This document shows, in pieces, positions 44,113 through 58,485 of a DNA stretch of 64,000 nucleotides. Numbering within the stretch: position 1 is the stretch's first letter; each line of letters starts with the position of its first letter. The notes beneath the pieces are model-generated. The model was not told where the DNA came from. It saw only the letters and a list, made by a program, of their open reading frames with translations, and ran no database searches. The translations under genes and the position numbers were made by a program. Source of the stretch: Octopus vulgaris (Eukaryota); the NCBI GenBank assembly GCA_951406725.2, contig OX597838.1:5704001-5768000 (forward strand). The letters run 5' to 3'.

Positions 44113-47100
44113 ATATATATGATATAATATAATATAATATATTCAATTTATAGATTATTTACTAGAGGAAGTTCTGCGTATGACTTTCCTCTAATTCCAT
44201 TATCACACTCATTTCCTTTTCGACCATTCTTTCTCTTTTGACGATTCGCATTTACATTCTTGTTCTTTCTTATACATTCCGCACACATGTATCCACACAC
44301 ACACACACACACACACTCACGTCCGCACGCCCGCACACTCCCATACACGCACAAACACAGTCATACAAACACATTATTTGGTATTATTGATGGAGTAGTT
44401 GAAAACAGCAAAATATTTACTAATGGTTGAATACTGTGTATTTAGAAGATCGAATTTTGCTTTTTTTTTCATTGGCGATATTGATTTTTACATTTGAAGG
44501 GTTATTTAGCCAGTGGTTTAATCGTTCAAAAGCGAAATTCGAAGTCGCAGTTAGTTCCATATCATCAATATATCCTACATTTATAAGTATTTACAATATG
44601 CACATACACAGACACACACAGACACACACACATATACATACATGCATACAGGTATATATATATATTCTTGTATTCCTTTATTCTTATACTTGTCTTAGTT
44701 ATTTTGACTACGGCCATATATATACATATATGCTTCTACTTCTGTGCGTGAGTATGTGTGGATTATTCTCTGTCATGAATAATAGTGCCTGTAATTTCGA
44801 AGTTTTTGCTACTTAAGCCCACCGTTGGACTGTGATGCATACAGTCCATCTTGGATTTTTATAGCTTCTGTTACGATAAAATTTTTCAGGGATTTGTGAC
44901 ATTCAGTTCAATATCAATTAGATCATAGGTTAAGATATAATGGAGGGCTGTTATGGAGAAATGTTTATATATCTTAAATTTAGCGTCAAATTTATTTGTT
45001 CATAATTAATTCATGTGCTTAGGACTCGGAAAACAGGTGAGTCAGTATCAGGTGTGTCAGTATCAGGTCATGAAGGCGCTTATCATTTTTTCACAAAAAG
45101 GAACTGGTGTGTAGAGGAAGGTTCTATACCCGCGGATATGTCATAAATTTTAAGTGTTTATCGGTTTTATTGTATTTGATGTTTTGCTTTGTCAGTATGA
45201 TTTTCGAAGTTTGACATTTATTCAGCATTTAACAAGTTGATAAAAGCCGACACCCCTAGTAATTGCTAAGGTGATGTAACAGTTCTCATGATCTGGTGCT
45301 GGGCCAAAGAATCGTTCACGGGGAGGAACGACGTTAGGGAGTAGACCGTGTTAAAGTCACACAACGTACCGAATGTTGGTATTAAACAAGATGAGGTAGG
45401 AAGTCTACTACCGAGACTTGGCATTATATGATTCGAAATCAGAACACAAAAACCGTTGCAATACTACAAGTCTCTAAATCCGGAGTGTTTATACTTCCAC
45501 CAATCTAGCGCCTTAAGATTTGTTTTACTGTTTTCTCTTGGATCTTTTATCATTTGATTTACTCATTGGACTGAGGTCTTGTGACGATATCGCTTTCAAA
45601 GTATTTAATCGAGCAAATCGACAGCAATACCTATATTCCAGACTTGTACTTATCCTATCGGTATCTGTTTCTGAAACGCTTAATTACAGGGGGCCAAACG
45701 AAATCAACACCGGTTGTATATTGATGGTAGGAGACAAACAGAGACACAGAGTATAGATGTATATATGTATCTATTAATGTACTGGGTTACATTTTACCAG
45801 TAGCACACGAAAGTGACCTGACATACATATATACATACATGCATACACACATACAGGCGCAGTTGCATTAGCTTATGCTGGCTATAAAACTTAGAAATAC
45901 TCGGTCTCACGGAGAAAGACCAAAAAGAACTGATGCGGAGCCAATCTACAAGTGGCAAAAGTTGTAAGACATTCCAACAATTCTCCATCTGAGATTCTTA
46001 TGTGAAGAGATGCACGCAATTTGGTGTATGCATCGATAGTTTAACGAACACCAACATAAACGTATATTTACAAACAACGTCAATTCTCTTAACTCAAAAT
46101 GGTTGGTCGCTTTGCTAGCGATCGGCTTGGGTTTTCTTAAGAACTTAAATAAAACTCAAAGAAAAGTCATATATGCACCTATTTGCATGCATGTATTTGC
46201 ACGTACGTTTGTGTATTAATCTCTTTCTGAACTTTTGAAAGCAAGTATAGGTTTCCTTCTGCATATCGGCGTAAAAATTTCAGAACACGTAACGCAGTAA
46301 AGTGGCATGTTGACTAATTATAGTGAACATAATTACACAGTCCTCTGCGACAAATGCGCCCTCTGCTGCTCCTTTTGTAAACAATCATATATGTTGATTT
46401 ACCATTTGTCTTGCAAACCTTCTTGAAAATCGAATTGTTTGATCGGATGAAAAAAGGGGAAATGTTCAATTTTATTATATAAATTTTATTTTCTTTTATC
46501 ATATTATATTTTAATTTCTATTTCTTTAAAGTCGATTGTAATTCAATTAACGACATTTAATTAATACATTTAAGAAAAGGAACCAAACGAAAACTAAAAT
46601 TTAAATTTAAAACACAAATAAAAAGTAAAATATTACAACACACACAGCAAGACAAGAATGCCATATATGGACATATTAATTATTTTTTATATCTTAATTT
46701 AAGAAATTCTTTAATTTATTAATTTACTTTTTTAATGTTTTGTTCATTTTTGCTTCATTTTAATTTTCAATTTTGTTTTAATTTTAACATTATAATTAAA
46801 TGGAGTATTTTCTTTCGTTGGATATGGATTGTGTTTGTAAGAAGAAGAATGATTCCGTAAATTAATATGTAACATCATAATTTTCCTTACGAATAAATTG
46901 TCTTTATCTGTGATAGAGAATTAATTCTCGTTCGCTATTTTAATGGAAAGAATTGTTTGCGGAACATGTAATTGACTACATAAGCTATTAGTTTGGCAAA
47001 TATTCCACGAACAATGAAACCTAACTCGAATTCTTTTTAAAAAAATCTCACATTCTAACAAGCAACAAAGACAGACAAAGGCAAAATAACAAAACACAAC

Positions 47101-47445
47101 AAAACAAGAAACGGATATTAATTTCTACAGTTGTTCTTGTTGTTGTTGCCGTCGCTGTTTAAAGAAAAGTGATTTTATTTAATCAGATTCCTGCAGTTCA
47201 TGGAGAGATAATCAATAACCATTCTACCTGAAATAAATTGTGAATGTTCGAAAGATTCTCGTTCCATTAGTTAGTATGGCTCTGCAACTATGAATGTATA
47301 TATGCCTGTATGTATGTATGCCTGCATGTATGTATATATCTGTGAATATATGTATGAATATACTTGCAAATGGGATTTGTGCGTTTACATGTCTACCTAC
47401 CTACCTTTTATTACCTACCTACCTACTTACCTAACTATCAAACTG

Positions 47446-47513
<68 letters not shown>

Positions 47514-47553
47514 ACTAACCAACTAGTTATCTATCTAGGTCTCTCTCTGTCTG

Positions 47554-47594
<41 letters not shown>

Positions 47595-48399
47595 GTATGT
47601 ATGTATATCTATATATCTATTTATCTATTTATCTATCTCTCTACGTGTCTACGTGTATATTTGTATATATATATGTGTGTGTGTATGTGTGTGTCTGTGT
47701 GTGTGAGAGTGTCCGTGTGTGTGTATGTGTATATGTATGTATGCATGAAAAATATATATTTTAATTTAGCCTGGTAAATGAGCACAACTGTGAAGAATCC
47801 AGTTGTAGCCATTTTTGAAACGAGCATTTTTCTCTCCTGCAATATTTTCATTTCCAAACATCAGTTTGTGTGTGTGTGTGTGTATGTGCGCGCGCGCGTC
47901 TGTGTGCATGTTGGTGTGAGTGTATGTAAGTATGTTGTATATATATATATGTTTGCACCCGTTCCGAAAACTAGCATTTCTATCAACTCTGGTGCGAAGA
48001 TAATTGCAATCTTATAATAAATATTGGTGTCGATTTCTCCGAATTACGCATTTGAAGATGGCACCCGCATGACTGCACACAAGCACACACACACAGACAC
48101 ACATGTATTTACGTATGTATGTATGCATATATATCTTTATACATATATACACACATACATATATCTATGTGTGTGTACATATGAAGTTTTCCAAAATGCC
48201 TTCCTTAATATTCACATCTCTGTTTGCCAATTCCTATTGACAATGATTCTCTATACCAAACGTATTCATTTCGGTGTCTTGGAGGGACACTCTATAAAAC
48301 TAGACTTCTTTAGGAGGAGAGGCTGCTATGGATCAACTTGGTCTGGGCATTTTCCGGAAGAATCAGCCGACGAGTCTTTCATTGCAAGTATCTTAGATC

Positions 48400-48900
48400 A
48401 AGTAAAAGAAAAAACTTTGTAGAAAGAGCTGTCTGTGTATGTACATCCTTTATTGGTCTGAATGCTTGACCCCTTATCGCCGCCTGGTGAAACAATTGAA
48501 AGCATCCCATATCAAATCGTTCTAAAGTAACCTCCGTCTCACGTGAAAGGACAAGGTGCATCTTAAAGAAACCCTTTTCAGGGTTGGCATCTACAGTAGA
48601 AAGGCTTGCATTGCTCGCTGTCTTCTCTGCTGAGTTGGTCATGCGAATCGAATGCCGAGTAACCGGCTCCCAGTGATGGTCCACTTAAACAAGATCCTTA
48701 CTGGAAGTAGTCTTTCACAGACGTGGAAGGCTTCTGGAGTGGTTTCACATTTTATGTGGTGCTCTCCCTACCAATCAATTGAGGCCCCGTTTCTTAATCA
48801 GATGACAGGGACGTCCGTGTGTGGCGCTGGAGTAGGTAGCTTTTGAACGAACACTGAATACTGCACGAAGAAAAGAAACGTCTGTTGTTTCGCTTCTTTG
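48400..48900 (-). mobile_element. Possible decayed RTE-like LINE 3' region
   Basis: Weak peptide similarity only (ERLLPVRILFKW vs RLPKRILFGW); locally higher GC. Confidence 0.3.
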
Positions 48901-49110
48901 CATTGCTCTCTGTGTCTCTGGATCTCTTACCACGTACGAGAGGCGGAAGTAGATGAATGTCTTGGAACGGCAATATCATCACCTTTGATGGGCTGTCATA
49001 AGCGAGTAATCAAGTATACACATACACGCACACACATGCATACAAATTTATTTCTTGAGCCATATGTGAATGCAAGTGTATATATATAAGTGTATATAAG
49101 TGTAAATATA

Positions 49111-49307
49111 GGGGGGACAAACAAGGACAGACAGAGGGATTAAGTCGATCATATCGACCCCAGTGCGTAACTGTACTTATTTAATTGACCCCGAAAGGAT
49201 GAAAGTCAAAGTCGACCACGGCGGAATTTGAACTCAGAACGTAACGACACACGGAATACCGCTAAGCATTCCGCCCGGCGCGCTAATGTGTCTGCCAGCT
49301 CGCCGCC
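49111..49307 (-). mobile_element. SINE family A copy
   Basis: Reverse complement from ggcggcgagctggcag through gttctgagttcaaattccgcc to ccttgtttgtcccc. Confidence 0.9.
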
Positions 49308-50383
49308 TTATTACGTAATATATAATGTTATACACTATATAGCAAAATGGTATAAGAAGGTATGAAGGATATTTGTTAAAAGCCAGCAGTTTAGAGAAGA
49401 GTCACATCGATTTGTTGACTCAAATGTTTCACTGATAACGAAGACAAATAGATGAAAATCGAAGTTGATGTCATTGAAATTTGAACGCAAAACAAAAAAG
49501 TTAGAAGAAATGATTTGAAGCCTTTTGTTTGATATGCTAGCATTTCCCGGAAGCCATCTAAAATTATTGTGGATAAATGGCGTAGATTTCATTCTTTGTG
49601 AATATTCCCCGAAAGTTAGCTTTGCGTAACGTTACTCCAGAGAGCAAATGAAGTTGAAAAAAACTATTCAGGCCATCTTTCATTTAATTCCCGGTGATAA
49701 AGCTCCTGGCTGAACATTTTGCAAACTTAACCTTATGGCACACATAAGAGTTTTAACGTGAACACAATATATATTTTCTATGTTTTCAATATTCCCCCTT
49801 CAAACTGAATAGTTATTTTCCTCTATTTAACAAATAGATACACACACAGAAACACACATATATACATTGTAAATATATACGTATATATAAATATAAGTAT
49901 GTGTACGTGTATAGATGTGTGATTGTGTGTGTGTGTGTATGTGTGTTTGCATGCGAGTATATTTTGTGAGCACTTTTTCGTTTGATATGTTTGCACTACT
50001 AAGAAAGAGAGGAAGGACGGAATGAATGAATGAAGAAAAGAAGGAAAGACTTAAAGAAGGGAGACAGAAAGGACGGTGGGAAAGAAGGAAGTTGGGAAGG
50101 AAGTATTACAGTAGTAATTTATTTATTTCTAAGTGGAACTTCAGGGAAAGAAAATTCTTAGCTTTCCCACTCGTATCGTATTCGAAGTTGGCTCAGAATA
50201 TTCTATGGAACATTATCAGAAGTTGATTGTATGAATCTAACCAAATAGCTTTTATTGAATTTAACCAAAGACATTTTATTCTTTTCGCTATTTAGTTTAC
50301 AATTATAATGCTCTGAATTTGACCTACAAAAACATGATGCAAACTTTTTATGTAGAATTTAGGTACATACAAGCCGATATTTG

Positions 50384-50443
<60 letters not shown>

Positions 50444-51564
50444 ACATACATATATAGAGATATACACCAAAATATGCAGAAAATTGCGAAGAAATTATGT
50501 ATTTGTTAACTCGACTGCTGTTTCTCGAAGTTCAGATTTACGTAATAACAATATTATGCATATATATATATATACATTTAAACATGAGAATGCTGCACGT
50601 AATATTCTTGGGAGGTTCACAGGGATAGATTACTGAGATATTTCCTACTTAGGCTCTTCATCAGTAGTAATCATTATTAGACTTTCCGATATGATTCCCA
50701 AACTTGGCAAGCTGAGATTTTGGATTTTATCCAAGCATTTCCCACTTGGTCAACCTCTAATTTTCCTGCCGGTTGGCTTCGCGTGACGGATCCAAATTGC
50801 GATATTTTCTTGCGACATTCTAATCATGTACAAGTAGTTGTACCGTACCTGCTACCTATCAATGCATCGGAGGAGGGATTGCTCGGCGGATAGAGATGCA
50901 AGATTGGTTGGTAGAATGAGTCTAATAACCGAGTTGACTTCAAATGAACGCTCCAACAATGCGACTGAGCGCCTTGCGTACAGCAGTGTGTAATAGCATT
51001 GAATAATCTAATCCACACATAAACACACACGCGTATATTATATATCCATATAATTAGACATCGGAATGTAGAATGCTGCTTTTAAGAAACAGGAAAAAAA
51101 ATCCCACAAAGCAAAACCTATTCTCCCATATGTATTCGTAGTAATGCTAAAGACCAGAATTTTCGCTCCGTTCTAACATTCCACCATCACATTATAAATA
51201 AATACTATATTATTCTCAGGGATCATCCGTATTCTCACTGCTTCGTGAGGAAGATCCCACGTCATACCGATGAGAATTGTATTTTTACAGAGTGAGAATA
51301 ATTAGAAACGGTGTTGGCTGGCATCGTTACATCAACCCTCATCGATATTTGAACGTTAACACTTTAAAGCGCCATAGCAATCCGTGTGACGTCAAACACT
51401 CTTGCATTACGCCTAATCGCAGCACTCTTCTAATCCAAAAATTTTATAACCCAGGAAATAGGAAGCTTTTGAAGTGAAATAACTGCTATCATTTCTGCAT
51501 AGAAAGAGGGTAGAAAAGAGAAGACGAAAAACAAACACAAATAGGATTAATAAATAAATACAAG

Positions 51565-51623
<59 letters not shown>

Positions 51624-52046
51624 GATGAAGAAAAATCGTAATGATACACTGCGCTGGGAAAAAGAAGTAGTAATATACGAAGAAATATAAACAGATAGAA
51701 ACATCTATCTTTCGTGAAAGGACCGAGATATTTAACTGAACTCTAGCAAATAAGTTTAACCTTAACTCATTCAAACTTAGCCATGCAAGATATCACCAAA
51801 TTTCTATATTGTCATAGACGTGACTCATCGATTATTAATGGCGCTAAATGCATTTGATTGGAAAATTGGCATCGCATAAAATATGCAATGGCCTTCGATG
51901 ATGGATACATTGGTATTCAAATCGATACCACTCTGCTATTAGATGGATACGAAGACGGAAGGCGGAATACATATACATAAACATGCAACGTTGACGCACA
52001 TATACATAAACACACGCAAATATGTATACATATATGGATGTATGTA

Positions 52047-52095
<49 letters not shown>

Positions 52096-52232
52096 ACACG
52101 CATATATATATATATTTATTTTCCTGTCTCCATCATTCAACATAGGTGTATGATACCAATACATGTAGCAAAGCGCAGGCACAAATATGCAGACAAGACT
52201 TAACCACCAACACAAAAACATTTGTGTGTGAA

Positions 52233-52650
52233 GGCGGCGAGGTGGCAGAAACGTTAACACGCCGGGCGAAGTGCGTAGCCGTATTTCGTCTGCCGTTACG
52301 TTCTGAGTACAAATTTCGCCGAGGTCGACTTTGCCTTTCATCCTTTAGGGGTCCATTAAATAAGTGCCAGTTACGCACTGGGATCGATATAATCGACTTA
52401 ATCCGTTTGTCTGTCCTTGTTTGTAATCTCTGTGTTTAACCCCTGGTGGGTAGTAAAGGAATAGCTATATTATCTTGTACCTACGTTCTGAGTTCAAATT
52501 CCGCCGAGGCCGACTTTGCCTTTCATCCTTTCGGGGTCGATTAAATAAGTACCAGTTACGCACTGGGGTCGATATAATCGACTTAATCCGTTTGTCTGTC
52601 CTTGTTTGTCCCCTCTGTGTGTAGCCCCTTGTGGGCAGTAAAGAAATAAG
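52233..52650 (+). mobile_element. SINE family A head-to-tail dimer (full copy plus headless copy) within one 13-bp TSD
   Basis: aaacatttgtgtg at 52216-52228 and 52651-52663; the second unit starts after aatag at ~52465. Confidence 0.85.
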
Positions 52651-53018
52651 AAACATTTGTGTGGTGACGTAAATCTATGTATTAATATATACGTATATAT
52701 CTATATGTTTTTGCATACGCAAACCAGCCGAAAGGACACATTTACACACATATGGCCAGATAACCGAAATAATGGTGTTGTGGATTTCCACTTCGGCATC
52801 TGAAACTCAGAGTTTTATCTTAACTATTGAGTAAATGTAGCATATTATTTTACAGACAAATTTCTTCTATTTACATAATATTGATGTCTCTATCTTTCTT
52901 TTGTTATCTTACCGTTTTTACCAATATATATATACACACACGCATATGTATATATATGTATATACATATACATACACAGACGCATACATACAGAGAGATA
53001 GAAAGAGACACACACACA

Positions 53019-53168
53019 TACACACGACAAGAGCGTCGGCTAAATATCTTTCACCTGCGCTGCCTCCGGGAAATCCTTGGCATCAAATGGCCAAATCATG
53101 TCCCCAACGAAGATGTCCTCAAGCAAGCAGGAATATCAAGCATGTTTGCATTCCTCACACAAAGTCGT
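53019..53168 (+). mobile_element. RTE-clade LINE ORF fragment (post-RT region)
   Basis: YTRQERRLNIFHLRCLREILGIKWPNHVPNEDVLKQAGISSMFAFLTQSR matches the RTE motif FHLRCLR.IL.I.W...V.N.EVL. Confidence 0.85.
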
Positions 53169-53184
53169 ATGATATATATATAAA

Positions 53185-53430
53185 TTCGCAGATCAAAGGT
53201 TCGATTTCTGGACCGAGCGGTGTGTTGTGTTCTAGAGCAGAACACTCCATTTCAGAATGCTCCAGTCAAGTCAACACTAAATGGGTAATCCTGCGACGGA
53301 TTAATCTTCCGATCAGAGTGAGTGTTGATGCACTAACCTAGCCAGCGGAGGGGCATCATTCGAAAGCAAAATAGAAGAAAAACTGATCTCAAAGCGCATA
53401 ACAACACCCGATAATCCGGTAGATCACGGG
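53185..53430 (+). mobile_element. Degenerate tRNA-derived SINE with RTE-like tail
   Basis: B box ggttcgatttc, gttgtgttctagagcagaacact, aatcctgcgacgga, and a tail like 11801-11922. Confidence 0.55.
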
Positions 53431-53435
53431 ATATG

Positions 53436-53467
<32 letters not shown>

Positions 53468-53604
53468 TGTATGTATGTATGTATGTATGTATGTATGTAT
53501 GTATGTATGTATGTATGTGTGTATGTATATGTGTATGTATGTATGTATCTATCTATCAATTGACCTATTTATGTATCTATGTCTCTCTCCCTCAATCTGT
53601 CTGA

Positions 53605-53657
<53 letters not shown>

Positions 53658-54051
53658 CATATGCACATAAATACGCACTGACATGTACATATGTAGGCAA
53701 ACAGAAACACACACACACGCACACAGACACCCACACAACACATATGATTGAAAATGTTGAAATGATATGAAGAATAAAAAAAATATATATTCCTGTAGTT
53801 GTTTGTTTGGAGACTATAATTAGTTATCCTCGATATACGGAGAAAATATATAACGCAACGTACGACGAATAGAAAATCGAAGAATTGAAAAAAAATGGAA
53901 AAAATAATGAGGGAGAAGAAACATGGAGTAAATAAGAGAAACCAAGATAAAATTCTAAGAAAATGACAAAAAAGTAAGATAAAGGAAAGACCTTTAGACT
54001 TATCTTTTTATATACTGGAAATTCAAAAAAAAGAATCATATATATATATAT

Positions 54052-54258
54052 ACAAAATGTGACCTCGTGTGTACCGTTGGCGATTTTTTTCCCCTGTCTT
54101 CCCTTCTCTGGATCTTTCCTTCTCCTATATTTCCGACGAAGAGCCCCGCTCAAAACGTTAAACCCGCATCCTTTCCTTCTTTCCTGAGCGTCCAATAATA
54201 CTATATTTGTTCCACGTCCTCGCGTTGTTGTGTTTTTTTTGTGCTTTCTTGTTTGGAT

Positions 54259-54263
<5 letters not shown>
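54052..54263 (+). mobile_element. Penelope-like terminal fragment with variant hammerhead motif (54130-54162), between TA tracts
   Basis: UUU-CCGACGA-A-GAGC-CCC-GCUC-AAAAC-GUU-AAA, then a ~100-nt tail sharing tcctgagcg..aata with the 21646-21815 element, then (TA)n. Confidence 0.6.
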
Positions 54264-54315
<52 letters not shown>

Positions 54316-54942
54316 GATATATATAGCCGGTAGAAGAGGAAATAAGAAGACTATTGGAGAAAATATATACATGTACAAGAATTAAACAACGTCCCGCATA
54401 TGATTTGTGTTACGAAAGCTTTTATAGATGGTATATTCTATAAATTATATTTTATAAATGAGGGAAGAATACAGCGACGGTGAGGAAAGATTGGAGATAA
54501 TGTAAAACTAACATACAGAGATTATATATATATATTTAGAATGCTCGAATTTATTATAGAAAAGTTACAGAAAAGATAATCATTGTGTATTGAATATAAA
54601 TTTAGTAAAATAATCAAGAATTATGGGCAAAAATAGCTGCGTTTTTAACATGTAAATTACTAATACAAAATAATGGTTTCTTTGACCTTCTGTAACTTTA
54701 GTAGATGTAAAATGTTGCCCTTAAAATGCAATTGCTTCGCAGTATATATTTAGATTATTTTCCTTAAAGATCAGAACACCCAGTTCTGCGTGATATTTAC
54801 ACAAACTACTGAAATGGATGGTTCGTTTATCGGTCTATGATCGGCACAAACTTTTCTATGTGATGCCAAAATATATACGGTAAGTTTGTCTTTTTTTGTT
54901 TGTTTTCTGTCCGAACTGATAGTAGGGCAAATATCTCTGATC

Positions 54943-55002
54943 TTATTTTATTTTATCTAGTTTCAGCTCACGAGCTGTGGCCATGCTGGGGCACCGCCAT
55001 TT
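54943..55002 (-). mobile_element. ~60-bp retroposon tail (LINE/SINE 3' end)
   Basis: Reverse complement aaatggcggtgccccagcatggccacagctcgtgagctgaaactagataaaataaaataa. Confidence 0.7.
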
Positions 55003-56690
55003 GGTGTTGCTACATGATTTTACTTCACGAATGCTTTTTAGCAATTGCCATTTGGTGCATGAGAGTGTTCGATGCATAAATGGAATATCAAAAATAATTA
55101 GTTTTAATTGTTTTAAGATATTTAATGTGTATCAGGAAATGTTTTCCTATTATCAAGAAGATTTCGACGACCAGACAAAGAATTTGTGAAGTTTGTTTTG
55201 AAGTCAAGTATTCAATGTGTCCTAGCGTTAAGTTAACATTTTTTTAATCAGTGCCTGCTCCACTGAGCCGGATACTGAGTCGTCGAGCCTAGCCCGGGGA
55301 ACATAAAAAAGCATAGTTTCAGTTTGCCACCCTTGGGAATCCAACCAGAGAAAATAACCTATAGACAGTTGCTTCTGTTAAGGAGGTGCTTGAAGATGCT
55401 AATCCCACGATCTGACCAGTGTTAGCAGGCAGATAATATGGAAGTATGAATAGATTGAATATCAGTGTTTATTGTTATTTTGAGTTGTACAATTTAGAAT
55501 GATAAGACTTTCCCCATAAACTCTTTAGGATATGATCTGCTGAGTGCATCGAAAAATAAAACGGTAACAGTAAACCTGGTATTCAAATGAAGTGTAAACG
55601 ATCCTCTCCGGAGTAGAATAGGCTCCGTCCACTTAGCTTCAACATCATCTGCTTTCTTACCCTCAAAAGCTTTTAGTCGACCCCCAGTTATATTGGAAGA
55701 AAGTAGTTTCTTATTACGAAGTGAAGTAGGATCGAACTTGAAGTCATATAGTTGATGGAAGTCTATTCTCAGTGTTGCTTTCACAGTTAAAGTTCTATTC
55801 TCTATCTTGCCTTCTCCCATGACACCTTTTCTTCTTTCTGTCTTTTCCCCTCTCAGTCTCTTTCCATTTTTTTCTCTTTCACATACACTCACTGCAGCGT
55901 ATATAGATATTAAGGACGAAAAGAAATCCGACATTCTAAATCAAACAGCTTGTATACAGTTCATATGCTATCCATTTTATCTAGACACCGATATTTTATA
56001 ATTTCATCCAAAGAGACGAGAGCATTTCTCTACTGCAAAGTGCTTATATACAAATTCATATACTTAAAATGCCATATGCTTAACTATATATTTTCTACTT
56101 AGGGTTAAAGATAAATAAAATGTGAAAGCCTTCAGCCATATTTCATACGCAATTTATCCTTTTACCGGTCGGATAAATCTATTATGGTGATGGGATTCAA
56201 TTTTCTTTTATCAATAGTAACTCTTATTCAGTTTCTTATCGGAATATGTAAGGTATACAACAAACACAATCTTTTAGCACTTAATAAATCACTAGACACA
56301 CAGCAAGCAACGTGTTTAGATCAATATATCTCAGAAGGATTAAGTAACGGTATAACCATGGATATGAATGTCGATGAGTTTCAAATTTACAAATCGTTGT
56401 TGAGTATATATAAAATGTTCTTTCAATACAGACGTCTGGAGAGGAACATTATAGAATAGAGAAATTGCGTTAATGTATGACTGGTACTTAATTGTCCGCA
56501 GAAAATAGAGACAATAGATAAATTCACCTCAAATTTCTAACTTGTAATAAAGGAGAAATGCATAAATAAATAAATACGAAGCTCAACATTCTATCAGTAT
56601 CATCAATAACAGCACAGGGTAGGACAACAATTAATAAGTAAAAACAGTCAGAAACATATTCATATACATATTTACACACACACACACACA

Positions 56691-56799
<109 letters not shown>

Positions 56800-56852
56800 C
56801 GAAATCAAATTCGATGACTGGCATCCGTGCTAGTTCAGCGCTAAGAGTACCC

Positions 56853-57094
56853 ATTTCATTACTACCCACAAGGGGCTAAGCACAGAGTGGACAAACAAGG
56901 ACTGACAAACGGATTAAGTCGGTTATATCGACCCCAGTGCGTAACTCGTACTTAATTTATCGACCCCGAAAGGATGAAAGGCAAATTCGACCTCAAATTC
57001 CGCCGAGGTCGACTTTGCCTTTCATCCTTTCGGGGTCGATAAATTAAGTACCAGTTGCGCACTGGGGTCGATATAATCGACTTAATCCGTTTGT
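56853..57094. mobile_element. SINE family A fold-back insertion (90-bp inverted arms, 10-nt loop) flanked by the direct repeat agtacc, inside another repeat (~56800-57225)
   Basis: Arms 56905-56994 and 57005-57094; agtacc at 56846-56851 and 57095-57100. Confidence 0.85.
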
Positions 57095-58157
57095 AGTACC
57101 ATACGAGTGAGATCGCTGCCAAGGCAACAGGCTGGCTTCCGTGCCCGTGGCACGTAAAACACACTCCATTCGAGCATGATCGTTACCTGCGAGGCCTTAC
57201 TGGCACTTGTGCTGGTGGCACGCGGTGCCGAGTAGATACACGTATTAGGAATTCTACTGAGAAGAAAAGGGTGAAATAATTCACTTCAGTCTTATGTAGG
57301 TGCCGGCACGGAATGTGAAAACTGAGATTAGCGAAATTTGAAAGCAGTAACTAGGAAATAACAAGCAAAACCATATTCAAATATATATAATGTTTGCACT
57401 TTTCAGTAGTAGAGAGGCGCCGTGGAAGCGAACATGAAACCGCGTGTTTAGGGAGCGACGTATTACCTAAGTAGCTTTATATAGGACAATAGTGAGAATA
57501 TATACATATATGTGTATGTGTGCGTGTGAGTATGTCTGTGTGTGTGTGTGTGTGTGCGTGATAGTTTTATTCGCTTTCAGGCATACACTACCAGTAAAAA
57601 ATCTTTATATTGCTTCCCAAATTTCATCAGATTTTACGTTAACGTCTCTCTTCCAGTAAAAGAAAGGTAAACACCGACACGAGAAGGAAATCTAAACAAA
57701 ATATAAAAACAGAAAACAAAACGAAAAGAAAAAAAAATGAACTATTAAAACCAAGCGGCTAATATACTTCATGAAATTCCCCGATATTATTTACTCTCCT
57801 ACAAAATTTATCTTAAATTATTGCATACCATTTCAGCACAAAGAACGAAAACAAAAAATTGAATCGAGAAGCGAAGACGTTGGAAAATGATATATTTGAA
57901 ATACATACCCATGGCTTCGGGGGACAGTTAATGTTAATAAGATTCATGTATAGGAAATCATTGCTTTATTTTTATATATGATACGCAGATATATCAGTGT
58001 GAGAAAGATAACATTACTGCCACGCTAAACATAGCATACGATATCCTACCATTATAGCGATCAGCTTGTAAACTGGCGAAATACAATTAATGTGGTTTGA
58101 TGGGCCCAGAATCAGAGGAAAATAATGTGTTTCTGTGCATGCACGTGTGTATGTGTG

Positions 58158-58189
<32 letters not shown>

Positions 58190-58452
58190 CACGCTAAAAA
58201 ACAGTGAGAATGACAGTAGATGGAGGTAGTGTGTGAAAAAGATGCAGGGCCAGCAGAAGGAAAAAGATGAGACAGCACAGCGTTAATATGATACAGGAGT
58301 GAACGCATGCGTGAATGACGAGAATTTAGGAGAGGTGTATATTACGTTATCGTGTAACTGATTAAATGCCGTGCGTCGTATAGTTACATAATACAAACAT
58401 GAATATACATACATGTATGAATACATACATGTATGCATACATACATGCATAA

Positions 58453-58485
<33 letters not shown>

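Noticed and set aside
46300-47160. microRNA locus in the repeat-poor AT-rich region
   Set aside because: I recognised no conserved bilaterian mature miRNA sequence or convincing precursor hairpin by eye.
47175-47230. Possible minus-strand terminal exon (tttatttcag|GTAGAATGG.. RMVIDYLSMNCRNLIK*) followed by AT-rich UTR-like sequence
   Set aside because: It is short, has no recognisable homology or partner exons, and cannot be supported without RNA-seq.
55494-55934. 146-aa non-repetitive minus-strand ORF
   Set aside because: No domain recognised; it could be a decayed LINE ORF1, but I cannot support that.
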